DNA of 20,000 nucleotides from assembly GCA_001784175.1 (NCBI GenBank), contig MFPR01000028.1, positions 372,037-392,036 on the forward strand. Reading direction: 5' to 3'. The notes beneath the pieces were generated by a model. It was not told where the DNA came from. It did not search any database and saw only the letters and a list, made by a program, of their open reading frames with translations. The position numbers and the translations under genes were made by a program. Below are positions 8,413-18,900 of the stretch, one piece after another; the first letter of the stretch is position 1; each line of letters starts with the position of its first letter. The DNA is from Candidatus Lindowbacteria bacterium RIFCSPLOWO2_12_FULL_62_27 (GTDB taxonomy: Bacteria > Lindowbacteria > 2-12-FULL-62-27).

Positions 8413-10230
8413 ATGACCAAGGTGGGGCGGCGGATAGGGTTGATCTTGTTGGTGTGCGTGTTGAGTGTTCTTTTTTTGTCTCCGGATGCGTACGCGAAAC
8501 GTAGTTTCAAGTTTACCGTCTTTATCGGCGCCGATGTGCGTCTCAAACTTCTAACTCTGAATGTAATCAGCACGGTGGCCGACACCTCTCTGGCGGACGG
8601 GCCTGTGTCCGTCACGCTGATTACTCCCTCCACTTACAAATTGCGTCCCCTCGGTACTGGCGATTACTATTATCTGGACAGAGGGTATACTCTGACCAGC
8701 GTCCCCGGCTTTCTGAGCGGCAAGGTGTGGATCGTGGGGCGGGACGACGACAAGCTCAACAACGCGGACGGATTTCTGCAATTCGAGATCAGCGACACGG
8801 CCCGGGTCTATGTCTTCTATGACGGCAATGCGCCGAGCCTGCCGGGATGGATGACGACTTTGGGATTTGCTCCGGCGGATCAGACCATCACGACCAGCAA
8901 TCCCGTGGCCGACACGCTGGTGGGGTATCTGAAGATCATGACGAAGGGCGTTGTCCGGCTGGGCGGCAATGACGGGACGGCGACCGGTGCGCAGTGCAAT
9001 TATGTGGTGGTCGTCCGCCGGCCGGTCAATGGGGACTTGGGCGATCCAACGCAGCTGGCCACGACACTCATGCAGTTTCCCCGGATGGGCCACCGGGTGG
9101 TGGCAATGAACACCGGCCGTGTTCTCGTCATGGGGGGGATCGACACGTCCAACACGCTGGTTGCGAAATGCGAACTCTACGACACCGTCCCGCAGTCTTT
9201 CAGCATCAGCGGCATGATGGTCCAGCCTCGGAACAACCCGGCGGTCGTGACACTGAACGACGGCCGGATCCTGGCCATCGGCGGGGATCTGGACGGCGTG
9301 GTGACGGTATCGAGCGGGGGCGGCAGCGTCACGGGGATCACCGCGCTTGAGAGCTGCGAAATATACGACCCGTCAACTCAGTTTTGGACCGCGACCGCGC
9401 CCATGGCGCACAAGCGGCGCCTGCCGGAGGCGATCACGCTGGCGGATGGCCGGGTTTTTGTATCGGGGGGGGTCGACGACACGTATGGGTTTGGGATTCC
9501 CTACACGGAGGTGTACGACCCGGGAACCAACACGTGGACCGCGGGTCCGACCATGCTCAGTCTGGGTCCCTATAACTCCGGTTCATATCCGTTTGCCGCC
9601 GGCATGCGTTACGGCCACCGCATGTCGCTCTTGGCGGACGGCCGGGTGCTGATCGCGGGGGGAATGTGGCATGGCCCGGACATGGTTGACTATGCGATGG
9701 ACGCCTGCGAGATTTACGATCCGGCGAGCAACGCAATCTCGATGGCCGCGCCGATGACGGCGCCCCGCAGTCGGTTTGGCATGGTCGATTTGGGCGGCGG
9801 AAAAATCGCGGCCTTGGGTGGGCTGTTCTACCAGGCGCCTTCACCGCCGATGACGTCGGCGACCTACGTGTCGACATCGGACGTGGAGATATACGACGCG
9901 GCGACCAACACATGGTCTCCGGCCGCGCAGCTCCCCCGGGGGATGTATGATTTTGCGTATGCGTCGCCAGCCGCCAACCGTGTGGTCGTGTTTGACGGAT
10001 ACGATGTGACGGGCACGGACGCCGGGGACATTCTCCTGTACGACGGCGTATTCAACACGTGGTCGCTGGTGGGCAGTCTGGTTAAGTCCCGGAGTTTCCC
10101 GTTCTCGAACGGCGCCGGCATGGTGACGGACGTGGGCGGCAAGGACTATTTCCTGTGCGGCGGCGTCCATCTGGACGAGGCGGCCGGCCAATCGACGATT
10201 CTGTCATCGGGGGAAAGATTCAAGTACTGA
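8413..10230 (+). CDS. Secreted Kelch-repeat beta-propeller protein with an uncharacterised N-terminal domain
   Basis: From ATG 8413 (after GAGGG), signal peptide MTKVGRRIGLILLVCVLSVLFLSPDAYA. About 6-7 Kelch repeats follow, e.g. DGRILAIGG...CEIYDP, DGRVFVSGG...EVYDP, DGRVLIAGG...CEIYDP. Confidence 0.88.
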   Translation: MTKVGRRIGLILLVCVLSVLFLSPDAYAKRSFKFTVFIGADVRLKLLTLNVISTVADTSLADGPVSVTLITPSTYKLRPLGTGDYYYLDRGYTLTSVPGFLSGKVWIVGRDDDKLNNADGFLQFEISDTARVYVFYDGNAPSLPGWMTTLGFAPADQTITTSNPVADTLVGYLKIMTKGVVRLGGNDGTATGAQCNYVVVVRRPVNGDLGDPTQLATTLMQFPRMGHRVVAMNTGRVLVMGGIDTSNTLVAKCELYDTVPQSFSISGMMVQPRNNPAVVTLNDGRILAIGGDLDGVVTVSSGGGSVTGITALESCEIYDPSTQFWTATAPMAHKRRLPEAITLADGRVFVSGGVDDTYGFGIPYTEVYDPGTNTWTAGPTMLSLGPYNSGSYPFAAGMRYGHRMSLLADGRVLIAGGMWHGPDMVDYAMDACEIYDPASNAISMAAPMTAPRSRFGMVDLGGGKIAALGGLFYQAPSPPMTSATYVSTSDVEIYDAATNTWSPAAQLPRGMYDFAYASPAANRVVVFDGYDVTGTDAGDILLYDGVFNTWSLVGSLVKSRSFPFSNGAGMVTDVGGKDYFLCGGVHLDEAAGQSTILSSGERFKY

Positions 10231-10286
10231 AAAGCGGCAACCCCCCCCTTCCTCGCTCTGCGGTTGCATGATACGGTCACCGCGCC

Positions 10287-11276
10287 ATGACGGGTTCTTC
10301 CAAACGGATTGCCATCGCAGTCATTTTGTCGACATTGGCCGTCGCCTGCGCGGTTGCGCTGTTCATGTGGGTCCGGGCCGGGCGCGATCAGGCCTCCCGC
10401 GAGCCCCGAACGCTCCTGTCGCCCCAGGTGGAACGGACCTGGCGGCGCGCACGGCTGGTTCACATGGGAAAATTGCGTCTGCGGTTGACCGAATATCTTT
10501 CATCGACGGGCGCCTTGGGGCATGCCAGCGTTTACGTGGAGGATTTGAACAGCGGCGTCGACATGGGCGTGAACGAACGCGTTCCGCATGAGATTGCCAG
10601 TCTCCTCAAAGTCGGCGTGATGATGGCGTGGCTGAAGCGCGACGCGGAGGAGCCGGGCCTTCTGACGAAAGCCGTGTGGGTCGACTCGTCCCACCTGACG
10701 CCCAACGATGAGATCGCCGAGAAAATGACTGCGCCGATGCCGCCCGGGCAGTATCGGATCATCACGTTGATCGAACGGATGATCATCTACTCCGACAATA
10801 CGGCCGTGCAGGCGCTCAAGTCCGCAGTCTCGTACGCGTGGATGCTGGGCGTGTATGATGACCTCGGCCTTCCCAATCCATATCACGAAAGGTTGGCGGG
10901 GGACACCTCTGCCCGCGTGCGCATCCTTTCGGCCAAGCAATACTCCCGCATCTTCAAGGCGCTTTACAACGCCTCCTATCTGGACGAGGAGCACTCCGAG
11001 TTGGCGCTGAAGCTATTGACGCAAACCAAGTTCGATCTGGGATTGCGCGCCGTCCTGCCGGAGGGAACCCTCGCGGCCTTGAAATACGGCCTGCTGACGG
11101 ACGCGCTTCATGAGAGCGGGATCGTGTATGTGAAGGACAATCCCTATCTGGTCGTGATTTTCACGCACGGCTACCGGCCGGACGAGCCTGTCGAAACGCC
11201 GCTCGGGCTGATTCGTGGGTGTGGAAAGATCGTCCATGAGTTTTTTCAAGACCTAGCGATGGAGGAGCGTCAATAG
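10287..11276 (+). CDS. Membrane-anchored class A beta-lactamase-like serine hydrolase (Beta-lactamase2 type)
   Basis: N-terminal TM helix, then IASLLKV (SxxK), MIIYSDNTA (SDN), KYG in place of KTG, HESGIVY and PYLVVIFT. Confidence 0.85.
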   Translation: MTGSSKRIAIAVILSTLAVACAVALFMWVRAGRDQASREPRTLLSPQVERTWRRARLVHMGKLRLRLTEYLSSTGALGHASVYVEDLNSGVDMGVNERVPHEIASLLKVGVMMAWLKRDAEEPGLLTKAVWVDSSHLTPNDEIAEKMTAPMPPGQYRIITLIERMIIYSDNTAVQALKSAVSYAWMLGVYDDLGLPNPYHERLAGDTSARVRILSAKQYSRIFKALYNASYLDEEHSELALKLLTQTKFDLGLRAVLPEGTLAALKYGLLTDALHESGIVYVKDNPYLVVIFTHGYRPDEPVETPLGLIRGCGKIVHEFFQDLAMEERQ

Positions 11277-11362
11277 GTCGGATTTAGACGTGTGTTGTGG
11301 CAGCCTTCCTAGAGAAATTGGTTAATCACAACAAATTCAGAAAATTAGCACAACAACTATTT

Positions 11363-11417
11363 CTTGACATTTTCGTAATGTAAGGTAATAATATGATTGT
11401 TCGTAAAGAACGTCAAG
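11363..11417. promoter_or_regulatory. Sigma70-like promoter and putative operator upstream of the HTH-REC regulator
   Basis: TTGACA (11364-11369)-17 bp-AATAAT (11387-11392) on +. Inverted CTTGAC...GTCAAG (11363-11368 / 11412-11417). Direct repeats TTCGTAA at 11372 and 11400. Confidence 0.55.
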
Positions 11418-11453
11418 TTTGCACCATTACTATATATAAGGAGTATACGTAAA

Positions 11454-12026
11454 ATGAACCAGCGCGAATACAGTAGTGAAGATGCGGCGAAGATATTGCA
11501 TGTGACGCGGACCACGATTGGGACGTGGATCAAGGAGGGGAAGCTGAAGGCGTACAAGCTGCCGGGGGGCCGGCACCGGATACCGCATGAGTTTATGGTG
11601 GAGTTTATGAAGGAGTACGGGATCCCGATGCATTATCTGGATGCGGGGCGGCGGCGGGTACTGATCGTGGAGGACGACGAGGCGCTCTTGCGGGGGTTGC
11701 AGAAGGCGTTTGAGCGGGACGGGCGGTATGAGATATCGACGGCGTCGACGGGGTTTGACGCGGGGTTCAAGACGAAGCAAATCCATCCACATGTCATCAT
11801 CCTGGACATCAAGCTGCCGGATCTGGACGGCCGGGAGGTCTGCAAGATGCTGCGGTCGGACGCTGATTTTTCCGAGGTGAAGATGATCGCGGTATCGGGG
11901 TATTTGTCGGAAGTGGAGATCAAGGATCTGGACCAGGTGGGGTTCGACACGTTTTTGGCGAAACCGTTTTCGAGCGAGGAATTGATCACGAAGGTGGCGG
12001 AGTTATTGAGCGTGGGCGTGGCGTGA
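11454..12026 (+). CDS. Response regulator with N-terminal excisionase-like (HTH_17/MerR-like) DNA-binding domain
   Basis: HTH YSSEDAAKILHVTRTTIGTWIKEGKLKAYKLPGGRHRI, then receiver VLIVEDD...ILDIKLPDLDG...IAVSG...AKPF. ATG 11454 follows AAGGAG. Confidence 0.93.
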   Translation: MNQREYSSEDAAKILHVTRTTIGTWIKEGKLKAYKLPGGRHRIPHEFMVEFMKEYGIPMHYLDAGRRRVLIVEDDEALLRGLQKAFERDGRYEISTASTGFDAGFKTKQIHPHVIILDIKLPDLDGREVCKMLRSDADFSEVKMIAVSGYLSEVEIKDLDQVGFDTFLAKPFSSEELITKVAELLSVGVA

Positions 12027-12412
12027 TTCTGTTCTCATACTGACTTTTCGTTCACGGTAGGTCCGGTTCGAAGCCGGGGGTGGTTGATGGGAGGCAGTCG
12101 GGAGGCGGCAGGCGATCATCAAGTGCGTGGAGAAATAACAAATTCCGCGCCTGCCGTTCTTCGATAGCCCCGAATCCTCCCAAGCGAGCGCACAACACAG
12201 CTAAAAGGCGGGACAGGAAAACAAAAAACGCCGGAAAACCAGGTTTTCGGCGGCGGGGGTAGTCTTTGCCTAGTGGGGTTTGGGGTGGGGTCCTAAATTA
12301 CATAGGGAAATTGGCCGAAATAATGAGAAGCGGCGCAGCTCTTGCCGTGAGCCGCCGCTTCTGTGCATTTCTGCCGAGAGAGGGAACCCCGTCTGTGAGG
12401 GAGCCGAGTCGC

Positions 12413-12444
12413 GATTTTGGATTTTGGATTTTGGATTTTGGATT
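12413..12444. repeat. Heptamer tandem repeat (GATTTTG)x4 plus GATT
   Basis: Read directly: GATTTTG GATTTTG GATTTTG GATTTTG GATT. Confidence 0.95.
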
Positions 12445-12528
12445 ACGGAATAGGTCTATAAGTCTATGCCCGGCACCCTCTGCCCCCTCTGCCCGTCTGT
12501 CCCCCGTCGCGCACGGGGGGACCCCGCC

Positions 12529-12636
12529 TCAATCGTGTTTGGGATCTTTTACGAAAAAAATCAGATACAGGGCGCCCAAGGTCGGCACCAGCAGGGTCCA
12601 CCATTCCAGCCAAGTCATTCCCAGCCATGTAGTCAT
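12529..12636 (-). CDS. Putative 35-aa membrane peptide (not in the ORF track)
   Basis: MTTWLGMTWLEWWTLLVPTLGALYLIFFVKDPKHD*. Perfect SD AAGGAGG 7 nt upstream, and its ATG overlaps the TGA of the upstream ORF (ATGA). Confidence 0.6.
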   Translation of the reverse strand: MTTWLGMTWLEWWTLLVPTLGALYLIFFVKDPKHD

Positions 12637-12818
12637 TTGTGATCCTCCTTTCTCGCATACAAAATCAACAACACCATGCCGACCAACACGGCGCCGGCCG
12701 GATAAACGAAGTGGAGTTCATGCCGAAAGATCGTCGCTGCGAGGCCGCCTAGAAGCAATCCGCGCCCGATTTCGAAGAGTATCTTGTCTTTTCGAGTCTC
12801 CCGTTGCTCGCCACCCAC
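12633..12818 (-). CDS. Putative ~61-aa two-helix membrane protein (start uncertain)
   Basis: Two hydrophobic stretches (IGRGLLLGGLAATIF; FVYPAGAVLVGMVLLILYA) and a charged tail RKEDHK. Coupled to the downstream peptide. No clear SD at GTG 12818. Confidence 0.55.
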   Translation of the reverse strand: MGGEQRETRKDKILFEIGRGLLLGGLAATIFRHELHFVYPAGAVLVGMVLLILYARKEDHK

Positions 12819-12937
12819 ACTCGGTTTGTACCAACAAATCAGGCCCGAGTCAAACGCGGCCCGTTGCCCGTTACGCGTTGCCCATGACCGGCATTATTTT
12901 TTTTCTTATATATATAACAAAAAGTCTGACGGCGATT

Positions 12938-15900
12938 TTGGGGCTGACGAAGTGGACGGGGGCGGGGGAAAATAAGTCAATTAAGTCAATACCCGGCCCC
13001 GTTTTCGTTGTTCTGATTCTGACGGCTGTGGTGTATGGGCTGATGCCGGCGGCGCCGGCGGAGGGGTTGCTGTTTTCCGATACGCTGGTGTTCAGCCGGT
13101 TGTATCCCTTTCCCGGGCCGTTTGGGAGTGATTTTGAGGACGACGCGCAGTACATAGAGCTGTACAATCCGACGCCACGGGTGGTCAATCTGGGCTCGTT
13201 TGAAATAGATTTCAGGGCGACCAATTGTGGTGACTTGGATGGCACCCAAAACTTAAACTCCATGACGGCCGGGGACACCGACGCGATTGGGGCGTTCGGC
13301 TATTATGTGATCGGCAATTTTGACGCGGGCGACGGCGTCAATATCAAGGGCCAGAATTTTGGTGTGGGTCCGGCGTATCTGGACGCGCTGGCGCTTTCCA
13401 TCGACGACGGCGATCTGGTCAACACCGACAATATTCTGACCGGGGCCGCCAACGACGGGACGACCAACATTCAGGATGACCACCAGCCGCTCCTGCTGGA
13501 GAACGTCGGGACGAACAATCCCGTCGATTCCATTTACATTGCCGACGGCGCCGGCACGGTGCGATATTTGGGCAACAACGAGATGAACGGCTACGAGGCG
13601 GTGGTGCGCCTGCCGGGCCGCCGGGGATTTCACAAGCAGCACACATGGCGCGCGGGCGCGGGCATGCGGGTGTCGTTGACGAATCCGGGCGCCATTCTGA
13701 CGGACTCCACGGCCATCAATTTCGTCTATGACACGAGCGGCACCAACGGTTATGCGTCGAACATTGATTCGCAGCCTCACAATACGGCCAGCCCGCGCGA
13801 GCGGCCGATTTTCCTGGTCACGCCGCTTTTGCCGACCGTCTACATGAACGACACGTTTGTGGTGGCGGTGACGGTGGTGGGCCGGTACGAGGTGTCGACG
13901 GACGCCGACTCGATGTGGCGGTTGTGGGCGTGGCCGGACGGCGCCGCGCCTGGATTTGACACGGTGGTGCAGGACTACTCGGCGGAGACGTTCGGGCGGT
14001 TTGCGTTTTCGAACGTGAAGTTTGCGGGGGGCAACACGTATTTATACAGCGACGCCCTGGGGCGTTCCCAAGACACGAGCGGCGCGCAAGGGGATCGAAG
14101 GACCGAGTGGTGGTTCAACTCGGGTGTCTGCACATCTACGATGAAGCTTTTTTCGCGGGGGACGCCGGACTACGACACGTGGACGAGGACGCCGGCGGAC
14201 AGTGTGAACAGCAATCATTTATTGACGTACGAGGACGGGTACTGCACCGGCTACGCGTACATTTTTGTTCAGACGCACGCGAGCGCGCGGTTCGTGCAGC
14301 GCGTCTGGACGGAGAACTCGGACACGACGAAGGCCTATGCCGGCCGCGCCGTATACATTCAGGTGGACGACACCGACCAGGACATGACGACGGGGCTGGA
14401 CAACCTGACGGTGATCGTGTGGTCGAAGCTGGGCGGCGACACAGAGCGGTATGTACTGACGGAGCACGCCTCCGGTACGGACGGCACGTCCAACCAATTC
14501 GTCGACTCCTTCGGGCTGTGGCTTTCGGCCGACAAGGCGACAGGCGGGCTGCAGAACGACAGCATTCTGTTCGTGTATGAGGCGGACTCGGTATTCGTGT
14601 GGTACATCGACCCCAACGACCCGATGGGCGACACGCTGTGGGGCGACACGGTTCATGTCGAGTATTCGACGTGCACGGTGGACTGGCGAAACGCCTCGTA
14701 CAGCGGGGGCGCGGACACGTACACGCAGACGCTGGATTCGGGCCACATCGAGCTTCGGGACATGAACGCGAACCGGACGCCGTGGCTGAGGGACACGATT
14801 GCGGTGATCGTGCGGAGCGACACGACCGCGGACAGCATGACGGTGGTGCTGATCGAGACGACGGAGACGAGCGGCATCTTCCGGATCGACTATGCCGGCG
14901 CCAACCGGGTGACGTTTTCGAACACCGCGCCGCTGCCCGCGCTCTACAACGATTCTATTTTGCTTCACGTGCATCTCGACAGCGCCATCGTGGTCTACCG
15001 GGACCCCTACGACAGCCAATGGGGCGACGCGAACGACACGTCGAACGACACGGTCCGGATCCACAACTGGCAGCAGGCGGCGGTGACAGGGATGTTCGAC
15101 GATGCCGCCTACACAGACGGCGTTGACACCTACTCGACGCGGGACTTTCTGTACCTCATCGTCACGGACACGGACGAGAACCGCGAGCCGCTGAAGACCG
15201 AGACCGTGGTGGTGACGGTGTGGGTGGGCAACGGCACGCTGGAGGGCGAAGCGTCGGGATTGATCCTGGACACGGAGGAGATCGTGCTGACGGAGGTGTC
15301 GACGGCCGCGGGCATCTTCCGGAACACGAACAACCCCGGGCTTCTGACCGACACCGTGATCCCGTCGGCGCAGGACGGGTTTATCTCGTGGGGCAGGAGC
15401 GACACGCTTCTTCTGCGGTACATCGACAAGGAGAACACCCACGGGTACACGACGGACACGGTCTTCGACACGGCCCTGGCCATCGAGATTCCCTCGACCG
15501 TCGCCCTTCAGATATTCGAGCAGCAGAACTACACGGACGAAGTGGACTCGTACATCACCCGGGATTATCTGTTCATCTGGCTGACGGACACGGACGAGAA
15601 CCGCAATCCTCAGCGGGCCGACACCGTGTACGTGACGGTGTACGTGGGCAACGGCACGACGGAGGTGGACGCGGCGGGGTTGGTGATCGACACGGAGGTA
15701 TTGATTCTGACGGAGAGTTCGAACGTGAGCGGCATATTCCGGAGCGACACCGTGGTCTTGACGGACACGGTCTCGGCGCCGGGCGTGAACGACGGTTACG
15801 TGAGCTGGGGCATCGCCGACACGCTGCATGTGGCGTACACGGACGTGACGGGTCTGGGCGAGACGGCGTCCGACACAGCGCTGGCCCAGGACAGCCAGTC

Positions 15901-18900
15901 GACGGCGCGGGTGACGCTGTTTGAGAACCGGGACTACACCGACGACGTCGACACGTATCTCGTGCGGGATCTTCTGTACATCGCCGTGTTCGACACAGAC
16001 GAGAACCGCAACCCGCAGCGCCGGGACACGGTGGCGGTGACCGTCTACGTGGGCAACGGCAGTCTGGAGGGCGACGCGGCGTCGTTGGTGCTGGACACGG
16101 AGCGGCTGATTCTGACGGAGAGCGGGAACGTGAGCGGGATCTTTCAGAGCGACACCGTCCACCTGACCGACACGATCGTCCCGTCGGCGAACGACGGCTG
16201 GGTGAGCTGGGGCCGGGAGGACACGATCCATGTGGTGTACAGCGACACGGGCAGCGACATATGGAGCGACACGGCCCTGGCGGTCGAGATCGCGACGGCC
16301 GCGCTCCTCAATATATACGATCAGCCCTACGACGACGTGGTGGACACGTTTTCGACGCGGGACGTTCTGTACATCCAGGTGGTCGACACGGACGAGAACC
16401 GCAACCCGCAGCGGTCGGACACGATCCGCGTCACGGTGTATGTGGGCAACGGCACGGCGGAGGGCGACGCAGCCGGGTTGGTGATCGACACGGAGATCCT
16501 GATTTTGACGGAGAGCACGCAGGTGAGCGGCCTATTCCAGAGCGGCGCCGTGACCCTGACCGACACGGTGTCGGCCCCGGGCGTAAACGACGGCACCGTG
16601 AGCTGGGGCCGGTCGGACACGATCCATGTCGCCTACACGGACGCGAGCGGCGCGACCGAGAATCAGAGCGACTCGGCGCTGGGCCTGGAGATCGTGACGA
16701 CGGCCGCGGTGTCGGTGATCGAGGACATCGGCTTTACGGACATCGTCGACACGCTTATGACGCGGGACATTTTCTACGTCTGGGTGCAGGACACGGACGA
16801 GAACCACAACCCGCAGCGCCAGGACACGGTGCAGGTGGTGGCCTACATCGGCAACGGCACGCTGGAGGGCGAAGCGGCGGGCTACATCATCGACACGCAG
16901 ACGATCGTGCTGACGGAGAGTTCGAACGTGAGCGGGATTTTCCGAAGCGACACCTTCGTGATCAACGACACGGAGGTCCCGTCGACCGAAAACTCGCGGC
17001 TGTCCTGGGGCCGGAACGACACGCTGCACGTCACGTACACGGACGGGACGGGCACGACGGAGACCGGGAGCGACACGGCGCTGGCGCTGGAGATCGCGTC
17101 GAGCGCGACGCTTCCGCAATTTTACGAGCAGAGCAACTACACGGACGACGTCGACACGTTTCTGACGCGCGACGTCGCGTTCATTCAGATACAGGACACG
17201 GACGAGAACCGTAATCCGCAGCGGGCTGACACGATTGACGTTCTGGTGTACGTCGGCAACGGGACCCTGGAGGGGGAGGCGGCGTCGCTGGTTTTGGACA
17301 CGGAGCGGCTGATCCTGACGGAGAGCACGAACGTGAGCGGGATATTTCAGAGCGGCGCTGTGAATTTGACAGATACGATTTCACCCGCCGTCAACGACGG
17401 CACCGTGAGCTGGGGCCGGTCGGACACGGCGCAGGCCGTGTACACGGACGTAACGGGCGCGAGCGAGACGACGAGCGACACGGCGCTGGCGATCGAGATT
17501 GCGACGACGGTGACGGTTTCGATCATCGAGGACATCGGATTCACCGACGACATCGACACGCTGCTGACGCGTGACGTTTTTTACGTGCAGGCGCAGGACA
17601 CGGACGAGAACCGCAACCCGCAGCGCGCGGACACCGTGAGCGTGACCGCCTACATCGGCAACGGCACGCTGGAGGGCGAGGCGGCGGGACTGGTGCTCGA
17701 CACGCAGACGATCGTGCTGACGGAGAGTTCGAACGTGAGCGGCCTCTTCCGGAGCGACACGTTCGTGATCAACGACACGGAGGTCCCGGCGGCCGAGAAC
17801 ACGCGCCTGTCGTGGGGCCGGAACGACACGCTGTACATCGCGTACACGGACGTGACGGGCGCGTCGGAAACCGGGAGCGACACGGCGCTGGCGCTGGAGA
17901 TCGCGACGCCGGCGACCGCCGCGATTTATGACGACATCGGCTTTACGGACGTCGCGGACACGCTGTCGACGCGGGACATGTTTTACGTGCAGGTGCACGA
18001 CACGGACGAGAACCGCAATCCCCAGCGCGCTGACACGATCTATGTGATGGCCTACATCGGCAACGGCACGCTGGAGTGGGACGCGGCGGGGCTCGTGCTG
18101 GACACGCAGACGATGGTGCTGACGGAGAACACGAGCGTGAGCGGCATCTTCCGGAGCGACACGTGGATCGCGGTTGACACGCAGGCCGTGTCGGCCGAGA
18201 ACGGGCGGATCGAGTGGGGGTACATCGACACGCTGCACGTGACGTACACGGACGTGACGGGCACGAGCGAGACGGCGACGGACACGGTGGTGGCGGTCGA
18301 CATTACGACGACCGCGACGCTTCCGCAGTTTTACGAAAACAGCGGCTATTCGGACGACGTCGACACGTTTTTCGTGCGGGACGCCTTCTATATTCAAGTG
18401 CAGGACACGGACGAGAACCGCAATCCGCAGCGGGCCGACACGATTTTCGTTCTGGTGTACGTCGGCAACGGCACGACGGAGGTCGACGCGGCGGGCCTGG
18501 TCATCGACACGCAGACGGTGGTGTTGACGGAGAACGGAGTTGTCACAGGCATCTTCCAAAGCGGCGGTGTGGCGCTGACCGACACGGAGTCGCCGTCGGT
18601 CGAGAACAGCCGCGTGAGCTGGGGCCGGTCGGACACGCTGCACGCCGTGTACCGGGACGTATCGGGCGTGAGCGAGACGACGAGCGACACGGCGCTGGCG
18701 CTGGAGATCGTGAGCGGCGCGACGCTGCCGCAATTATACGAGGAGTCCGGCTATTCCGACGATGTGGACACCTATCTCACGCGGGATTTCATGTATATCA
18801 CGCTTCAGGACACGGACGAGAACCGCAACCCGCAGCGTCCGGACACGGTTTCGGTTCTCGTCTATGTCGGCAACAGCCAGGGGAACGGCACGGAGGTCGG

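Noticed and set aside
11454-11630. Excisionase-like HTH as evidence of a prophage or integrative element
   Set aside because: It is fused to a receiver domain, a common regulator architecture, and no integrase, att site or phage gene is visible.
12030-12090. tRNA-like AGGTC-CGG-TTCGAAG-CCG
   Set aside because: It resembles only a T-arm. I could not build acceptor, D or anticodon arms, and there is no CCA end.
12255-12412. Possible c-di-GMP-I or cobalamin riboswitch (GGCAAA on -, GGGAA and AGCCGAG on +)
   Set aside because: Only isolated short matches. The ordered conserved cores (e.g. GAAA...GACGCAAA) are absent, so it is kept only as an unnamed structured-RNA candidate.
12464-12658. 64-aa minus-strand ORF from the track
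   Set aside because: It has no recognisable features. The overlapping 35-aa frame (12529-12636) has the perfect SD, the ATGA coupling and a coherent TM helix.
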